Assembly: GCF_030684315.1 (NCBI RefSeq)
Contig: NC_081376.1
Coordinates: 33,757,608 to 33,821,607 of the forward strand
DNA length: 64,000 bases
Origin: Stegostoma tigrinum
Taxonomy: Eukaryota
Direction of reading: 5' to 3'
Under the pieces are notes generated by a model, which saw only the letters and a list, made by a program, of their open reading frames with translations, had not been told where the DNA came from and searched no databases. Numbering within the stretch: position 1 is the stretch's first letter; every line of letters starts with the position of its first letter. Of the stretch, positions 12,771-25,100 are shown piece by piece. The translations under genes and the position numbers were made by a program.

Positions 12771-13471
12771 TATTCTCATCCAAAAGGCAGGACTTCTGAC
12801 AGCGTTACCCACCCTCAGTACTCATACTACATTGGAAGTATCAGCCTGGCTGGTATGCTCCAAATTTCTGAGGTAGGACTTGAACTGACAACATTCTAAT
12901 TCAGACGCTGCAATAAGAAACATAATTAAATGCAAGCTCTATTTGGACAAGGATGGATCATACAATTTATAATAACAACATCTCATTAACAAGAATAACA
13001 AATTACATACTCCGAATCAGTAAGATGATTGCAAATTTAAGGAGAGCTAGCCATCAAAACATTTGAAAATTTGTCCTGTTCAAAAGCTGCGTACCCCCAT
13101 TAGCATCCCATCTAACACCCTATCTCAAGTAAATCAACAGGAAGTATCTTTGACAGAGTTATGAAGCAGCATTGCTCACCAATAGCCGACTCAGTTTGGG
13201 TTCCACCAGGCCCCCTGTTCTCGACTTCATCAACAAAAATGGCCAAAGCTTCCAAAAGGGAGGGGGCGACAGTGACCACAATTAATATTAAGGCAGTAAA
13301 TGACTGAGTGTGCGAGGCCGTGAAAAAAGATCAGAAATGAGGAGTGAGAGTTTTGAATCTCTTCACCAGCCGGAGTCAGCGCAGCTGAGCGAACACAGGA
13401 GGTTGACAAAGGAGTACGTTTGGAGAGTTACTGCGGGCTAAAAGGACAGAAGCTACAATATTTTGTATGTC

Positions 13472-13648
13472 AGATAATGAAATGTGAGGCTGGATGAACA
13501 CAGCAGGCCTAGCAGCATCTCAGGAGCACAAAAGCTGACGTTTCGGGCCTAGACCCTTCATCAGAGAGGGGGATGGGCCTGCTGTGTTCATCCAGCCTCA
13601 CATTTCATTATCTTGGATTCTCCAGCATCTGCAATTCCCATTATCACT
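13472..13648 (+). mobile_element. Short fold-back PLE-derived insertion with hammerhead motif on the minus strand (13534-13564)
   Basis: Perfect 38-bp arms at 13472-13509 and 13576-13613. 15-bp TSD AATATTTTGTATGTC at 13457-13471 and 13649-13663. Confidence 0.85.
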
Positions 13649-13739
13649 AATATTTTGTATGTCCGCCAGTTTAGAGAAGATTGTAGAAGACCAATTAGAA
13701 GTGCGATGAAATAGTCAAGTGTGGAGAGCACATCCCAAC

Positions 13740-14560
13740 AACAAAGCTGCGTGAGCCAGTCACCTCTACCTTCACTTAGGAACCGCAGCCTCTCGGTCCT
13801 TCCCTAACAACCTCTTCGTAATCACTCCGCGACGCACAAACAACGGCGCAGAGATCTGACGTTTGCACCTGCGTCTTTAATTGATTGAAATTCGTGATTT
13901 TAAAAAAAATTCGAATGGAGAACCAAATCCAATCTTAATGTTTAAATACACTATTTCTCAAATTATAACTGTAAGTTTTATTTTTTTAAAAAGTGAAGTG
14001 AAGCATTAGGTGCTCCTACATTAGATGGAGTTGTTTGGGGGTGGGGAGGGGGCTGAGGAGTATGTTTTCACCCGGAGGCTGAAGGCGGTGGTGCCTGGTT
14101 TCCCGGCGCCATTTCGCGCTCGGACTCGGTGGTGGTGGCGTAACCTCTTCTCCCGCGGAGGAGGGCAGTGGTACCGTGTTGAAGTTGGAAGCGCGGGTTT
14201 GTTGATTTCTCCTCCTTTCTGCTGAATGAAGCTGTTCGAGGGCTTTAAGGGATACTCCCGGCGCCTCTCCTCAGACTCTGGAGCTCCGACCTCTCGGCGA
14301 CTGAAAGGCCCGATCGGGATATATGAGAGAGGTCGACAGGGACCTTTCCTAAATTTTTACCCTGGCTCGCTGTTTCAGCTCGGTAGGGGAAGCTCTGGTT
14401 CAGGTGCAGATTAAATTCACTCTTGTAGGCTGTCCTAGACATTCGCACACAATGCAATGTTGTCCATATTTAAAATCTCAATACCTGCCCTCGCGTCTCA
14501 AAGAGAGAGATTGGCAATTTCCAGCCGGGACCTTGCTTCTCCGTTTGAGATTTTACTCAA
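13740..14560. promoter_or_regulatory. CpG-rich putative bidirectional promoter / non-coding first exons of STK19 (-) and DXO (+)
   Basis: Local CpG enrichment between two divergent genes whose ATG exons are both preceded by splice acceptors. Overlapping YY1-like CGCCATTT (14107-14114) and E2F-like TTTCGCGC (14112-14119). Candidate minus-strand donors near 13760-13770. Exact TSSs cannot be determined from sequence. Confidence 0.65.
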
Positions 14561-15566
14561 ACCCCTTTGTCGTGGGATTCTTTCGGGGGGGAAAAAAATT
14601 TTCATTCCCTTAGCACAACTGGCTTTGAACCCAAATTTTGAGAAGTGAAAAACAAATGTCACTAAACTCATCCTATTGTCGAGTTTTTAAAACTTTGGCT
14701 TCAAAAGGATTGAGATTGTCCTGGTTCTCTTATAAAGAGAGATATTTTATGGCAATGCAGCTTATAATTGTGTCTCACTTTGAAACCAGCTTTTTATTAG
14801 TGGTTTGTAGTCTGTAGACATAGATTTGTAAATATTGTATTTTTCTTTTGTAAAATGCAGTTAGGTCTTTGTCAGTTTTTTTCTGCTTTTAAAAAGTCAG
14901 CAACTATTCTGTAAACAAGTCAATAAATAATACTTTCCAAATAATGAATGTGTTTGTTCTCTTGATGGTAGTGATTTATGTGGTGACCTAATCAGAGGTT
15001 ATATTTAGGTATAGAAAGTATTATTGCTACTAATGTAGACAATGCAATGCTGTTGAGAAATGTTTGGCTTAAATGCAGCTTGTGAAGTGGCTTGCCCTCA
15101 ACCCAGTGAAGCATTTCTCAGCCTACCAACCCTTTATCCCTTAATTATTAACCCTTTGGAAGAAAGGGAAAAGAAATTTCATAAATAGTGAGGGAAGGTT
15201 GCTCTGTGTGCCCTGTAGATTGGTTGTAAAACAAGAGGTGTCATGACTATTTTTAATGTTGTGTTGATCTCTAATTGACCTATTGCAAAGAAAATATTCA
15301 GTCCCTTTAACTAGTTGATTAAATTTGAGCCTTACAGAAAGGAAAAAAGTGCATGAAAACTGAAATCTATCTTTCTTATGTACAAACTGAATATTAATTG
15401 CTAACCTGGCAATTCACAAATATGCTGCAAAAATTCAGGAGCAGCATGTTCTAATAACCTTTGATTTGCTTCCTGATCTTTGCCCAGTACCCCTGTTGGA
15501 AAGTGGATCTTTAATTGCAGGGTTCAGCCTGAGTGTCCATGGTCAAGTAGCTTGTTGAAATTTAAT

Positions 15567-15709
15567 AAGATAATAAAATGTGAGGCTGGATGAACACAGC
15601 AGGCCAAGCAGCATCTCAGGAGCCCAAATGCTGCTTGGCCTGCTGTGTTCATCCAGCCTCACATTTTATTATCTTGGAATTCTCCAGCATCTGCAGTTCC
15701 CATTATCTC
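15567..15709 (+). mobile_element. Short fold-back PLE-derived insertion
   Basis: Perfect 48-bp arms at 15567-15614 and 15628-15675. TSD TGTTGAAATTTAATA at 15553-15567 and 15710-15724. Confidence 0.85.
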
Positions 15710-16105
15710 TGTTGAAATTTAATACCTAGGTTCATAATGTGAAGAATGCTCAGTCAGAGTAAGGGACCAGAGGGCAGCCACTGCTGGAAGAATCAAGCTC
15801 AATAGAATCCAGCATCTTCAAGCTACCTGCTTTTTTTTTCTTTTTTAAAAAGAATAGTTCGATAACCTTTTTAACAAAAACACAAATAACAGAGTAGGCC
15901 GTTTGGCCCTTATTCTGCCTCACAGTTCTAGAAGATCATGGCTGATCTGCACCAAACCTGAACTTTTGTTTATCATAGCTCTTGACTCCTTGATATTTCA
16001 AAAATCTATCAACCTGCTCTTTAAATATTTTTTGAGATGGCCTCCCCAATTCAAAGGTAGAGAATTCCAGACATTGTTGCTTTCCAAAAGAAGAAATTCC
16101 TTTGC

Positions 16106-17040
16106 GGGATAATAAAGTGTGAAGCTGGATAAACACAGCAGGCCAAGCAGCACCTCAGGAGCACAAAAGCTGACGTTTCGGGCCTAGACCCTTCATCAGA
16201 GAGGGGGATGGGTTGAGGGCCCTGGAATAAATAGGGGGAGGCGGACTGAAGATGGAGAGTAGAAGTAGGGAGGGGATAGGTCAGTCCAGGGGAGACGGAC
16301 TGGTCAAGGAGATGGGATGAGGTTAGTAGGTAGGAAGTGGAGGTGCGGCTTGGGCTGGGAGGAAGGGATGGGTGAGAACAACTGCACCTCCCAGTCGTGA
16401 ACCATTTCCACTCCCCCTCCCATTCTTTAGATGACACGTCCATCATGGGTCTCCTGCAGTGCCACAATGATGCCACCCGAAGGTTGCAGGAACAGCAACT
16501 CATATTCCGCTTGGGAACCCTGCAGCCCAATGGTATCAATGTGGACTTCACCAGCTTCAAAATCTCCCCTCCCCCCTCCACCGCATCCCAAAACCAGCCC
16601 AGTTCGTCCCCTCCCCCCACTGCATCACACAACCAGCCCATCTCATCCCCTCCCCCCACTGCATCCCAAAACCAGCCCAGCCTGTCTCTGCCTCCCTAAC
16701 CTGTTCTTCCTCTCACCCATCCCTTCCTTCCACCCCAAGCCACACCTCCATTTCCTACCTACTAACCTCATCCCACCTCCTTGACCTGTCCGTCTCCCCT
16801 GGACTGACCTATCCCCTCCCTACCTCCCCACCTATCTTCTTTTCTCTCCATCTTCGGTCTGCCTCCCCCTCTCTCTCTATTTATTCCAGAACCCACACCC
16901 CATCCCCCTCTCTGATGAAGGGTCTAGGCCCGAAACGTCAGCTTTTGTGCTCCTGAGATGCTGCTTGGCCTGCTGTGTTCATCCAGCTTCACACTTTATT
17001 ATCTTGGATTCTCCAGCATCTGCAGTTCCCATTATCTCTG
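16106..17040 (+). mobile_element. 5'-truncated Penelope-like (Neptune-type) element with inverted 5' pLTR
   Basis: GIY-YIG C-terminal ORF remnant (HFHSPSHSLDD..RRLQEQQLIFRLGTLQPNGINVDFTSFKI). Internal ~40-bp tandem repeat x3 (16565-16680). Inverted arm at 16108-16376. Hammerhead motifs at 16169-16199 (-) and 16912-16942 (+). 14-bp TSD AGAAATTCCTTTGC at 16092-16105 and 17041-17054. Confidence 0.88.
16912..16942 (+). ncRNA. Minimal hammerhead ribozyme motif (PLE pLTR)
   Basis: CUGAUGA-A-GGGUCUAGGCCC-GAAA-C-GUC-AGC. Identical motifs occur on the minus strand at 16169-16199 and 13534-13564. Stem I is only about 2 bp. Confidence 0.6.
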
Positions 17041-17574
17041 AGAAATTCCTTTGCACCTCTGTTTTAGATGAGTATCCCTTTTATTCTGACTCAGCCAATT
17101 CTGAGGAAGGGTCACTTAACACAAAATGTTAACTCTGATTTCTCTGCAGATACTGTAGGCTTGAGCTTTTACAGCAATTTGTTTTTTGTTTGATTTACAG
17201 ATTCTGCATTTTTTATTTTATAAATACAATCCTGTTTGGCTGGAATTTTTCTATTTTAAAAAACGATATGAAGCAGGTCCAGGTTGAATGTTATGACTGA
17301 ATAATAATGCCTCTTGCTGTTCACAAATAGTTCTAGCAGATCAGATTGCACTGTCGTGATTTTTTTCAAAATTCCTATTTGTACCTGCAAAATGAATATA
17401 GTACCCAAGTTTTTTAAAGTACATTTTAACTAACTTCTTGAGGTGGTATCATTTAAAAAGTACAGAAAAAAGATTTGTTAGATTTTTAAACATCTAAAAA
17501 TAAAAAAAATTGTACTAGTTATACCTGTTACAGACAGTACTTTAGTTAGCAAACAAAGTAACTAACCTGATATG

Positions 17575-19612
17575 TTAAAACTTTAGGACTGATTAGAGAA
17601 AGCTTGGGTTTGTAAAAAGTGTATCATGTCTGATAAATCTGATTTGAAGTTTTTGAAGAGATGGCTAATGTGATGGACAAGGGAATTTTCAATGGATGTT
17701 ATCTCTTTAGACTTCCAGAAGGTATTTCAGTCCACCTTTAGACATGTTAACAAAAACTCAAGCTATTCAATGAAAGGCAAATTGTTAACCTAGTTCAGAA
17801 ATTTGCAAAGCAACAGAACATTGTAGGGATAATGGGAAGGTCTCCCGATTAGCAGGATGTGATGGTACTATAATCCGTTTATTCATGACAAGATATCCAA
17901 ATTTGGAGATGACATGAGATTGCGCTTAATGCTATGTAGATGGAAGCATAAAGTTGCAAAGAGCAATTAATTAATTGAGTGAATAAATAAAACTATGGCA
18001 AGTAGCTTTCAGTAGGGGCAAAAAAGTCAAGCATTTGGACCAGGGAACAGTCTGTCTTCTGAATGGTGAAAACCTAGTCCTGTAAGATCTAAACAGGCAC
18101 AGGAAAGCCTAACTACATAGACCATTAAACTCTCATGAACACATATACAGAATTTTTATTTTAAAAAGGCTAACGGGATTCTGACCTTTATATTCCAGAG
18201 GACTAAAACATAAGGAATAGAAGTAATGTTTGAGCTGTACAAAGTTCTGGGTGGGTTTAAAGTGCAATGTTCAATGGACACCTCACATTGAGAAAAGGAG
18301 ATTAGCCTTGGAGGAATTATAGCACTGGCTTACTAGAATGATACAGGATTCCAGGGGAAAATTACAAGAACAGGTTATATAAACTATGGTTAAGTTCTGT
18401 GGAATTCAAAGTTAAGGGACAATTTGATCATATCGCCTTTAGATGAGAAAAGGAACAGGGAGATGGAAACTATTACTGCTGTTTGAAGTTTTGGACCAGC
18501 AAACATACACTAAAAATTAGTCAGACCTTTTTAAGTGTGAAATTAAGAAAAACTTCTGCTCATAGGATGATGGATGTTTGTAACTCATTTCTGCAATTTT
18601 GATGTTAGACCCTCTTTTCATTTTCATTCTGATATTCAAAGGTACTAAAGAACATGCAAGCATATTGAGTTATGTCACAGATTAGCCACAATCTCCTTGA
18701 TTGGTGAAACAGACTCGAAGGATCAAATTACCTTCTCCTGATCCTTACTTAGATTTGTGAATATTGATACTCGACTTGGTGCCATAGTTCAGAAAGTAAT
18801 CTAAGGTTACAAAGGGACCTTGATCAAATGGGTCAACGGGCTGAAAAATGTTCAATTGGGATAAACGAATGATACTGCTTTTTGGTACTAGAAACAGGAG
18901 CAGAACTAGTACAATTGATGGTAGAACTATGGGTATTGTTGTAAAACAGAGGGACCTCGGGGTTCAGGTACGTAATTCTTTGAAGTCTGCATCATACATA
19001 GACAAGATGGTTTAAAAAGGTGTTTAGTGTGCCTGCCTTTGTTGCTTAGTCCTTTTGAGTATAGGAGTTGAAATGTCATGCTGAGGTTGTACAGGACGTT
19101 GGTGAGGTCTCTTCTGGAATACTGTATCCAGTTCTGGTGACCCTATTGAGGGAAGGATGTTATTCAGCTAGGGAAGGTTGAAAAGAGATTTACTAGGATG
19201 TTGCTGGGGTGTGGGAGGTTTCAAATATAAAGAAAAGTCAGGAATCTCCATGGGAGTTTAGGAGGTTGAGGGGTGACCTTATAAGAGGTTTATAAAATTG
19301 AGTGGTATAAATAGGGTTAATAGTAGTGGTGTTTTCCCTAAGATGGGAGATTTCAAGACTAGGGGGCATATTTTTAAGGTGAAGGGGGAAATATTTTAAA
19401 AAAGACACGAGGGGCACATGTTGTTTTCTACAGAGGGTGGTTTGCATGTGGAATGAACTTCCTGAGAAAGTGGTAGATGACAAAACAGTTAGAACATTTG
19501 GATAAGTACATGAATAGGAAAGGTTTGGAGAGATACGGGCCTGGAGCAGGCCAAGGTGGGACTAGTTTCGTTTGGGATTATGTTCGGCATGGACTGGTTG
19601 GACCGAAGAGTT
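17575..19612 (+). mobile_element. Two degenerate CR1 LINE fragments
   Basis: Nucleotide similarity to the other CR1 copies in the window (RT C-terminus and 3' UTR), with many stops. Confidence 0.7.
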
Positions 19613-22131
19613 ACACAGTACAGAAGCAGACCCTATGTAATTAGCATTTACAGAAGGACTATGTTAGGTTAACATTATGGCCTCTTATGTACTTTTTAAA
19701 ATGGTCAGTTCCACAGGCAATAGCAACCCTTGATTGTCTCGTTCGAGCTGCCAAGTGTATGAAGACAATCTAACATTACAAGGAGGTGCACAAATGGTGT
19801 GTTGTGGCTGGGCCAATTCCTGTCCTCTTTCAAGGTTTGCATGTAATTACTAACTGGGTCGATCACTCTATAAGTGGAGGCCCTATCTAACTGTTTCTTC
19901 TGGTTCGGGGATGCCAGGGCTAATTCCATGCTTCTCCCTCTGTTGCCCTGTCATAAGCTTCCCCCATTCTAAATGACACTCCTGGTCTGTATGCCTGAGC
20001 AACACAATATATTTCACAAGTGATCTGCCATCTAATGATACTAAATTGCACCAAAGGAAGGTGTCTATGTTTAATAAAATAGGAAAATATTATTGCTGTG
20101 TCACATTTCATTCTATTTGTTAAGGAAAAATAATTTGTGATTGGCACAAACCTTGGTTATTGGTGGACTGTGATGAGAATTTGGCAATAGTTAAAACGCT
20201 GATCTGTAAAAACGAAACCAGCAGTGAGATATTTGTTACTTAAATTAATTACATGCCAAAAAATAATTTCAGTACCATCCAATACAAATATGTTGTTGAG
20301 TCTGAATGCAAAACAAATAAAACCATGCTTTCAATATTGGATTAATTTTGGTCACCAAAGGAAGCAAAGTAAAACAACAAAGATGTTTATTTGCAGCAAG
20401 CAGTATAGAGGTAAGACTCATGAAAATAAATGGACAAGCATTTCGAAGGCAATTCTTATGTATCTCTTGTATAACCAAGCCATCTGACACAATATGCAAT
20501 CATAAATAACTTTTAAGAAAATATAGTGGGCAACAATGTAAGGCAAACCAGACAAGGTAGCAATACTGCGGATGCCCTAACTCAGACAGAAAAACAGAAA
20601 ATGATTGGAAAAGCTCAGCAGGTCTGGTAGCTTCTGTGGAAAGAAATCAGAGTTAATGTTTCAGGTTGAGTGACCCTTCCTCAGGTGTTTCTGTTTCTAA
20701 AGATAGCAATAGGTCTTGTTCTGAGGGTAGGAACATGAAAGAATTGAAGGCCATTGCACAGATTCCAACTGTGAAACTGTGGTGTGAGCTGGACCCAACT
20801 TCACCCCACAAAAGGTTACTGAAGTGTGTGCAAATGTTTTGATTGGATTAAAATCATAATTGCCACTTACCTCATGTTTCATCCAGTCCCAAGAAATAGG
20901 AAACATCAGACATTGCTTTTCCAAGTGTATTCCCATTGCTGTCCATCATACAGAATAATTAAGAGTCATGGCCTGATCAACATCACCATGTTGTAATTGA
21001 ACAACACCCAACACAGACCATTCAGAAGAAATGTCCTGTCTTTGCAATGGTATTCTATGGAACCTGTGCATCTAACGTCCTTTTGTAATCATCATGGAAT
21101 ATTTAACTGTTCCCTTCTGTTCATATATTGTCATAGTAATACAAATCATCTGGTAATTCTCAAATTGTGCAAAAAAAGTTTGAATTGTCAAGAGTGGACT
21201 GTAATAAAGTAGGAGTTCATCGTTTGTATAATAAAACAGTTTTATTTTTAACAATCATCCATGATGAAAGGAAATGAAATGTATTGTAATTATGGAAATT
21301 GAAAGACACTATAAAATGGTTATACTGGATAGATCAGTGTATTTGCAAACTCCTAATTAACTTAAATGCCTGTGTTCTGAACATCATTAATGCCCAGCCA
21401 CTATTTTATTGACTAATATAGAATACACTTGGTGTGAAATATGTCATTCATATTTGTGTGTTTACTTGCTAAATTTTAAATAGATAATTTATTCCTATTA
21501 AAACAAGTGATTTTAAATTTTTCAGCTGGCCTGGAATAACCAGTTACTTTTCTATTGAAAGTGCTCACTGAAGCTGGACCACAATTACCTATTCTTCATG
21601 TCTAAGAATGGACAATTTTCAGGCATCCAGAGCAAGTTCCATTTTCCTGGCCAACAACCTCAGTGTAGGTCATTACGTTGCAGACTCATGCTCTGGCTGA
21701 TCCTCTGTATTTCCTCCTACTTCTTCTAGAAACAGAGAAGTTGCTTATTGCACCTTGATCAACAAATCAAATATTGAGTAAGAATTGAATTGGGATTTGT
21801 TTTTGTTTTATAGTACAGAGTATTGGAAAAACTCTGGCAACATTTGTAGATAGAGATACAGAAACAGATGCTGCCAGACCTGCTGAATTTCTCCGGCATT
21901 TCCTGCTTTAATTTCAGATCTCCAGCATCCAGTATATTTTGTTTTTATTTGTAGGATTAATGGTCAATGTTTAGTTACCGACTGCCTTTACTAACTGAGC
22001 TCCTGAAATAATCTCCCTGCAGGTAAAGTAACTGTCACATAACATGCTCTTTTCTGTTGATTTACATTTAATCTGTTGTTTTTCTTAATTTCTTGCAGAT
22101 TTTTTAACATTAAGTCAACAAGTGTAACAAT

Positions 22132-25100
22132 ATGAATCGACATTTCCACACCAGTCGGGAATCATCTCATAGTGGAGTCTTTAAACGAAAAGCAGGTGAT
22201 ACTCAAGAAAGTGAAATTAAATTACTGAAAACAGAAACAGATGAACGATTCATTTCACACACAAACAATGCAGACACTTGTAAACTTACCCTTCCCATAC
22301 AGCCAGACTATTATGACAAGAGTTTTCCTGACTACAGGCAGCCTGTTGAGATTGGCTGTTTCTCATTAGATTCACATCGCCAACTCTTCAATGATGCCAG
22401 GCAACTAAAATACTGTGTGAAGCCCACCAGCAAGAATCCAAATTTCAATCTACGGGATGGTTACAAAGACAGATATATAAAAAGGAATGATAATATTAAG
22501 GAAAAGCTGGACCATATCCTGAAGTGGATATTATTGAACAAACACAAATTCCCCACGCTGTCTGGTGATAACAAATCATCTGCTTCGTCAAAGTAAGTTG
22601 TGATGTTAGCTGTAAAACAATATCATTTGTAACAAAACTTCTGAGGGAATGAAACATTTTCAATTTCAGAATCCATTGTCAACATCCAACTGTCTGCAGC
22701 TGACTACATAGTGAATTTTCTTTGACTTCCTTGAACCATATTTAGTTTCCACCTCAGAAGAGTTTCCCTCAAATCCACATCAGCAACTCAGTGGAAAGTG
22801 TTAGTTTAGTCTTGAATTGGGGGCAGACTTCTACTTTGTCACCAGGAAGTGATTAAGCTCATTTATATATGACCTTACAATTATCCGAGGATATATTTGA
22901 ACCCTGACTCATAACTGAAAAGCCAAGGTCTGGCCTAGTGTGCCAGCCCATTCTCCAATCAGGAAATAAGTGTAATTTTTTATGACATGCGTGAAAATAT
23001 CACTCTGGAGTAATCAGTTTATTTGCTATTAACTATGGTAGCTAGGCACTTTATGGTCATGTGCATTTACATGACAAGATAATCTTTCAATGAAGGAATG
23101 TGATCTTGACTGCTAAATTTTCTGTCCTTTTATTTTGTGTTTCGATGGGTACCTTTTCAACACTTACTCAATTAGATCATAGAATCCCTACAGCACGGAA
23201 ACAGGCCCTTTGGCCCAACACGTCCACACCGACCCTGAAGGCATCCTACCCAGACCCATCCCCCTATAACCCACCTAATCTGCACATCCCTAAACACTTT
23301 TCCCATGGCCAGTACACCTAGCCTGCACATTTCGGGAGGAAACCAATGCAGACACAGGAAAAATGTGCCAACTCCACAAAGACAGTTGCCTGAGGGTGGA
23401 ATTGAACCTGTGTCCCCTGGCTCTTAAGTGAAAACAACAAGCTCTGTGTGGTGTGAAAAGAACAAAGCTGAGCTTTGCTTTGAAAATCATGAATTAGGGC
23501 TTGAACTGATTTTGAAGAGAAGTGAAATTTATTTCTTCAGGGAATCTTACTATACTGTCATCTTGAGCTCTAACTGGATTCAGGCTGCAGTTACAAACAT
23601 TAGGGGGTGTAATGCAAAAGGTTTTGCATTCAAATAACTGGAGTTGCCAGTGTTAATGCAGAGTATGAAATTTGTCAACACATTCAAATCTTCATACTTT
23701 GCCCTTCATTCTACTATAGTGCAAAGGCAAGACTTCCCTATTGCAAGCTATTATAGTTAATAATAGTATTAACCTTGTATATTCCTGGCTGTTGGCAATG
23801 GAAACAGATAATCTGTGCTGTTTTCTTTCTTGTGTATGTTTTGTACGTTTGTGAGATTGTCTATGTCTGTTTCTCCTTATAGTCAGCTGCACACAGACTT
23901 CATCACGTGGAGAGGACATCTGACTAAAATTCTAACCACCCCTTATGAGAATCGAGAGGGATGGATGTTGGCAGTGACTCTGTTTAATGGAACCTATTAC
24001 ATGAGTGAGGTGGAGACCGAGGAGGCCAGACGGCAGAGAGAGCAGCGGACTGAAATACAGGAGGAATTGATATATGGAGGATATAAGTTTGAACAGTACT
24101 TGTGTGCAGGTGAGTGATTTATCCAAATGCCTCATTGCTTCAAAACAGTCCAGATGTCAAAGGATTGCATTGGTCAGATTAAGTTCATTAATGTAACTTT
24201 AACTTCTCAATTTAAGGTGAGTTGGGAATGACTTAAAAGGTACCTGAGGGGTAACATTTTCACGTAGAGGTTGGTGTATGAACAAGCTGCCAGAGGAAGT
24301 GGTGTGGGCTGGTACAATTACAACATTTAAAAATTATCCAGATGACTATATGAATAGGAAGTGTTTAGAGTCAGATGTACAACACAGAAACTGATCCTTC
24401 CGTCCAACTCATCCATGCCGACTAGATAAATAATTTTACCTAGTCCCGATTGCCGGCATTTCTCAGAGCAGGGAGACCAGAATTGAAATCAGTATTCCAA
24501 AAGTGGCTTAACCAATGTCCTGCATAGCCTCAACATGACCTCCCAACTTGACTGTTCAATGGACTGACCAATAAAAGCAAACATACCAAATACCTTCTTC
24601 ACTACCCTGTCTATTGCAGACAACACTAAGGTCGGTGGAATTATGGATAGTGACGAAGGATGCTGTAGGTTGCAGAGAGACATAGATAAGCTGTAGAGCT
24701 GGGCTGAGAGGTGGCAAATGGAGTTTAATGCAGACAAGTGTGAGGTGATGCACTTTGGTAGGAGTAACCAGAGGCAAAGTACAGGGCTAATGTTAAGATT
24801 CTTAGCAGTGTAGATGAGCAGAGAGATCTTGGTGTCCATGTACACAGATCCTTGAAAGTTGCCACCAGGTTGACAGGGCTGTTAAGAAGGCAGAGTGTTT
24901 TAGCTTTTATTAATAGAGGGATCGAGTTCCAGAACCAAGAGATTATGGTGAAGCTGTACAAAACTCTGGCGCGGCCGCACTTGGAGTATTGTGTACAGTT
25001 CTGGTGACCGCATTATAAGAAGGATGTGGAAGCTTTGGAAAGGGTGCAGAGGAGATTTACTAGGATGTTGCTTTAAAGTGAGGGGTGAAAGATATAGGAC

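Noticed and set aside
16051-16659. 202-aa minus-strand ORF
   Set aside because: Antisense/inverted reading of the PLE and its low-complexity UTR.
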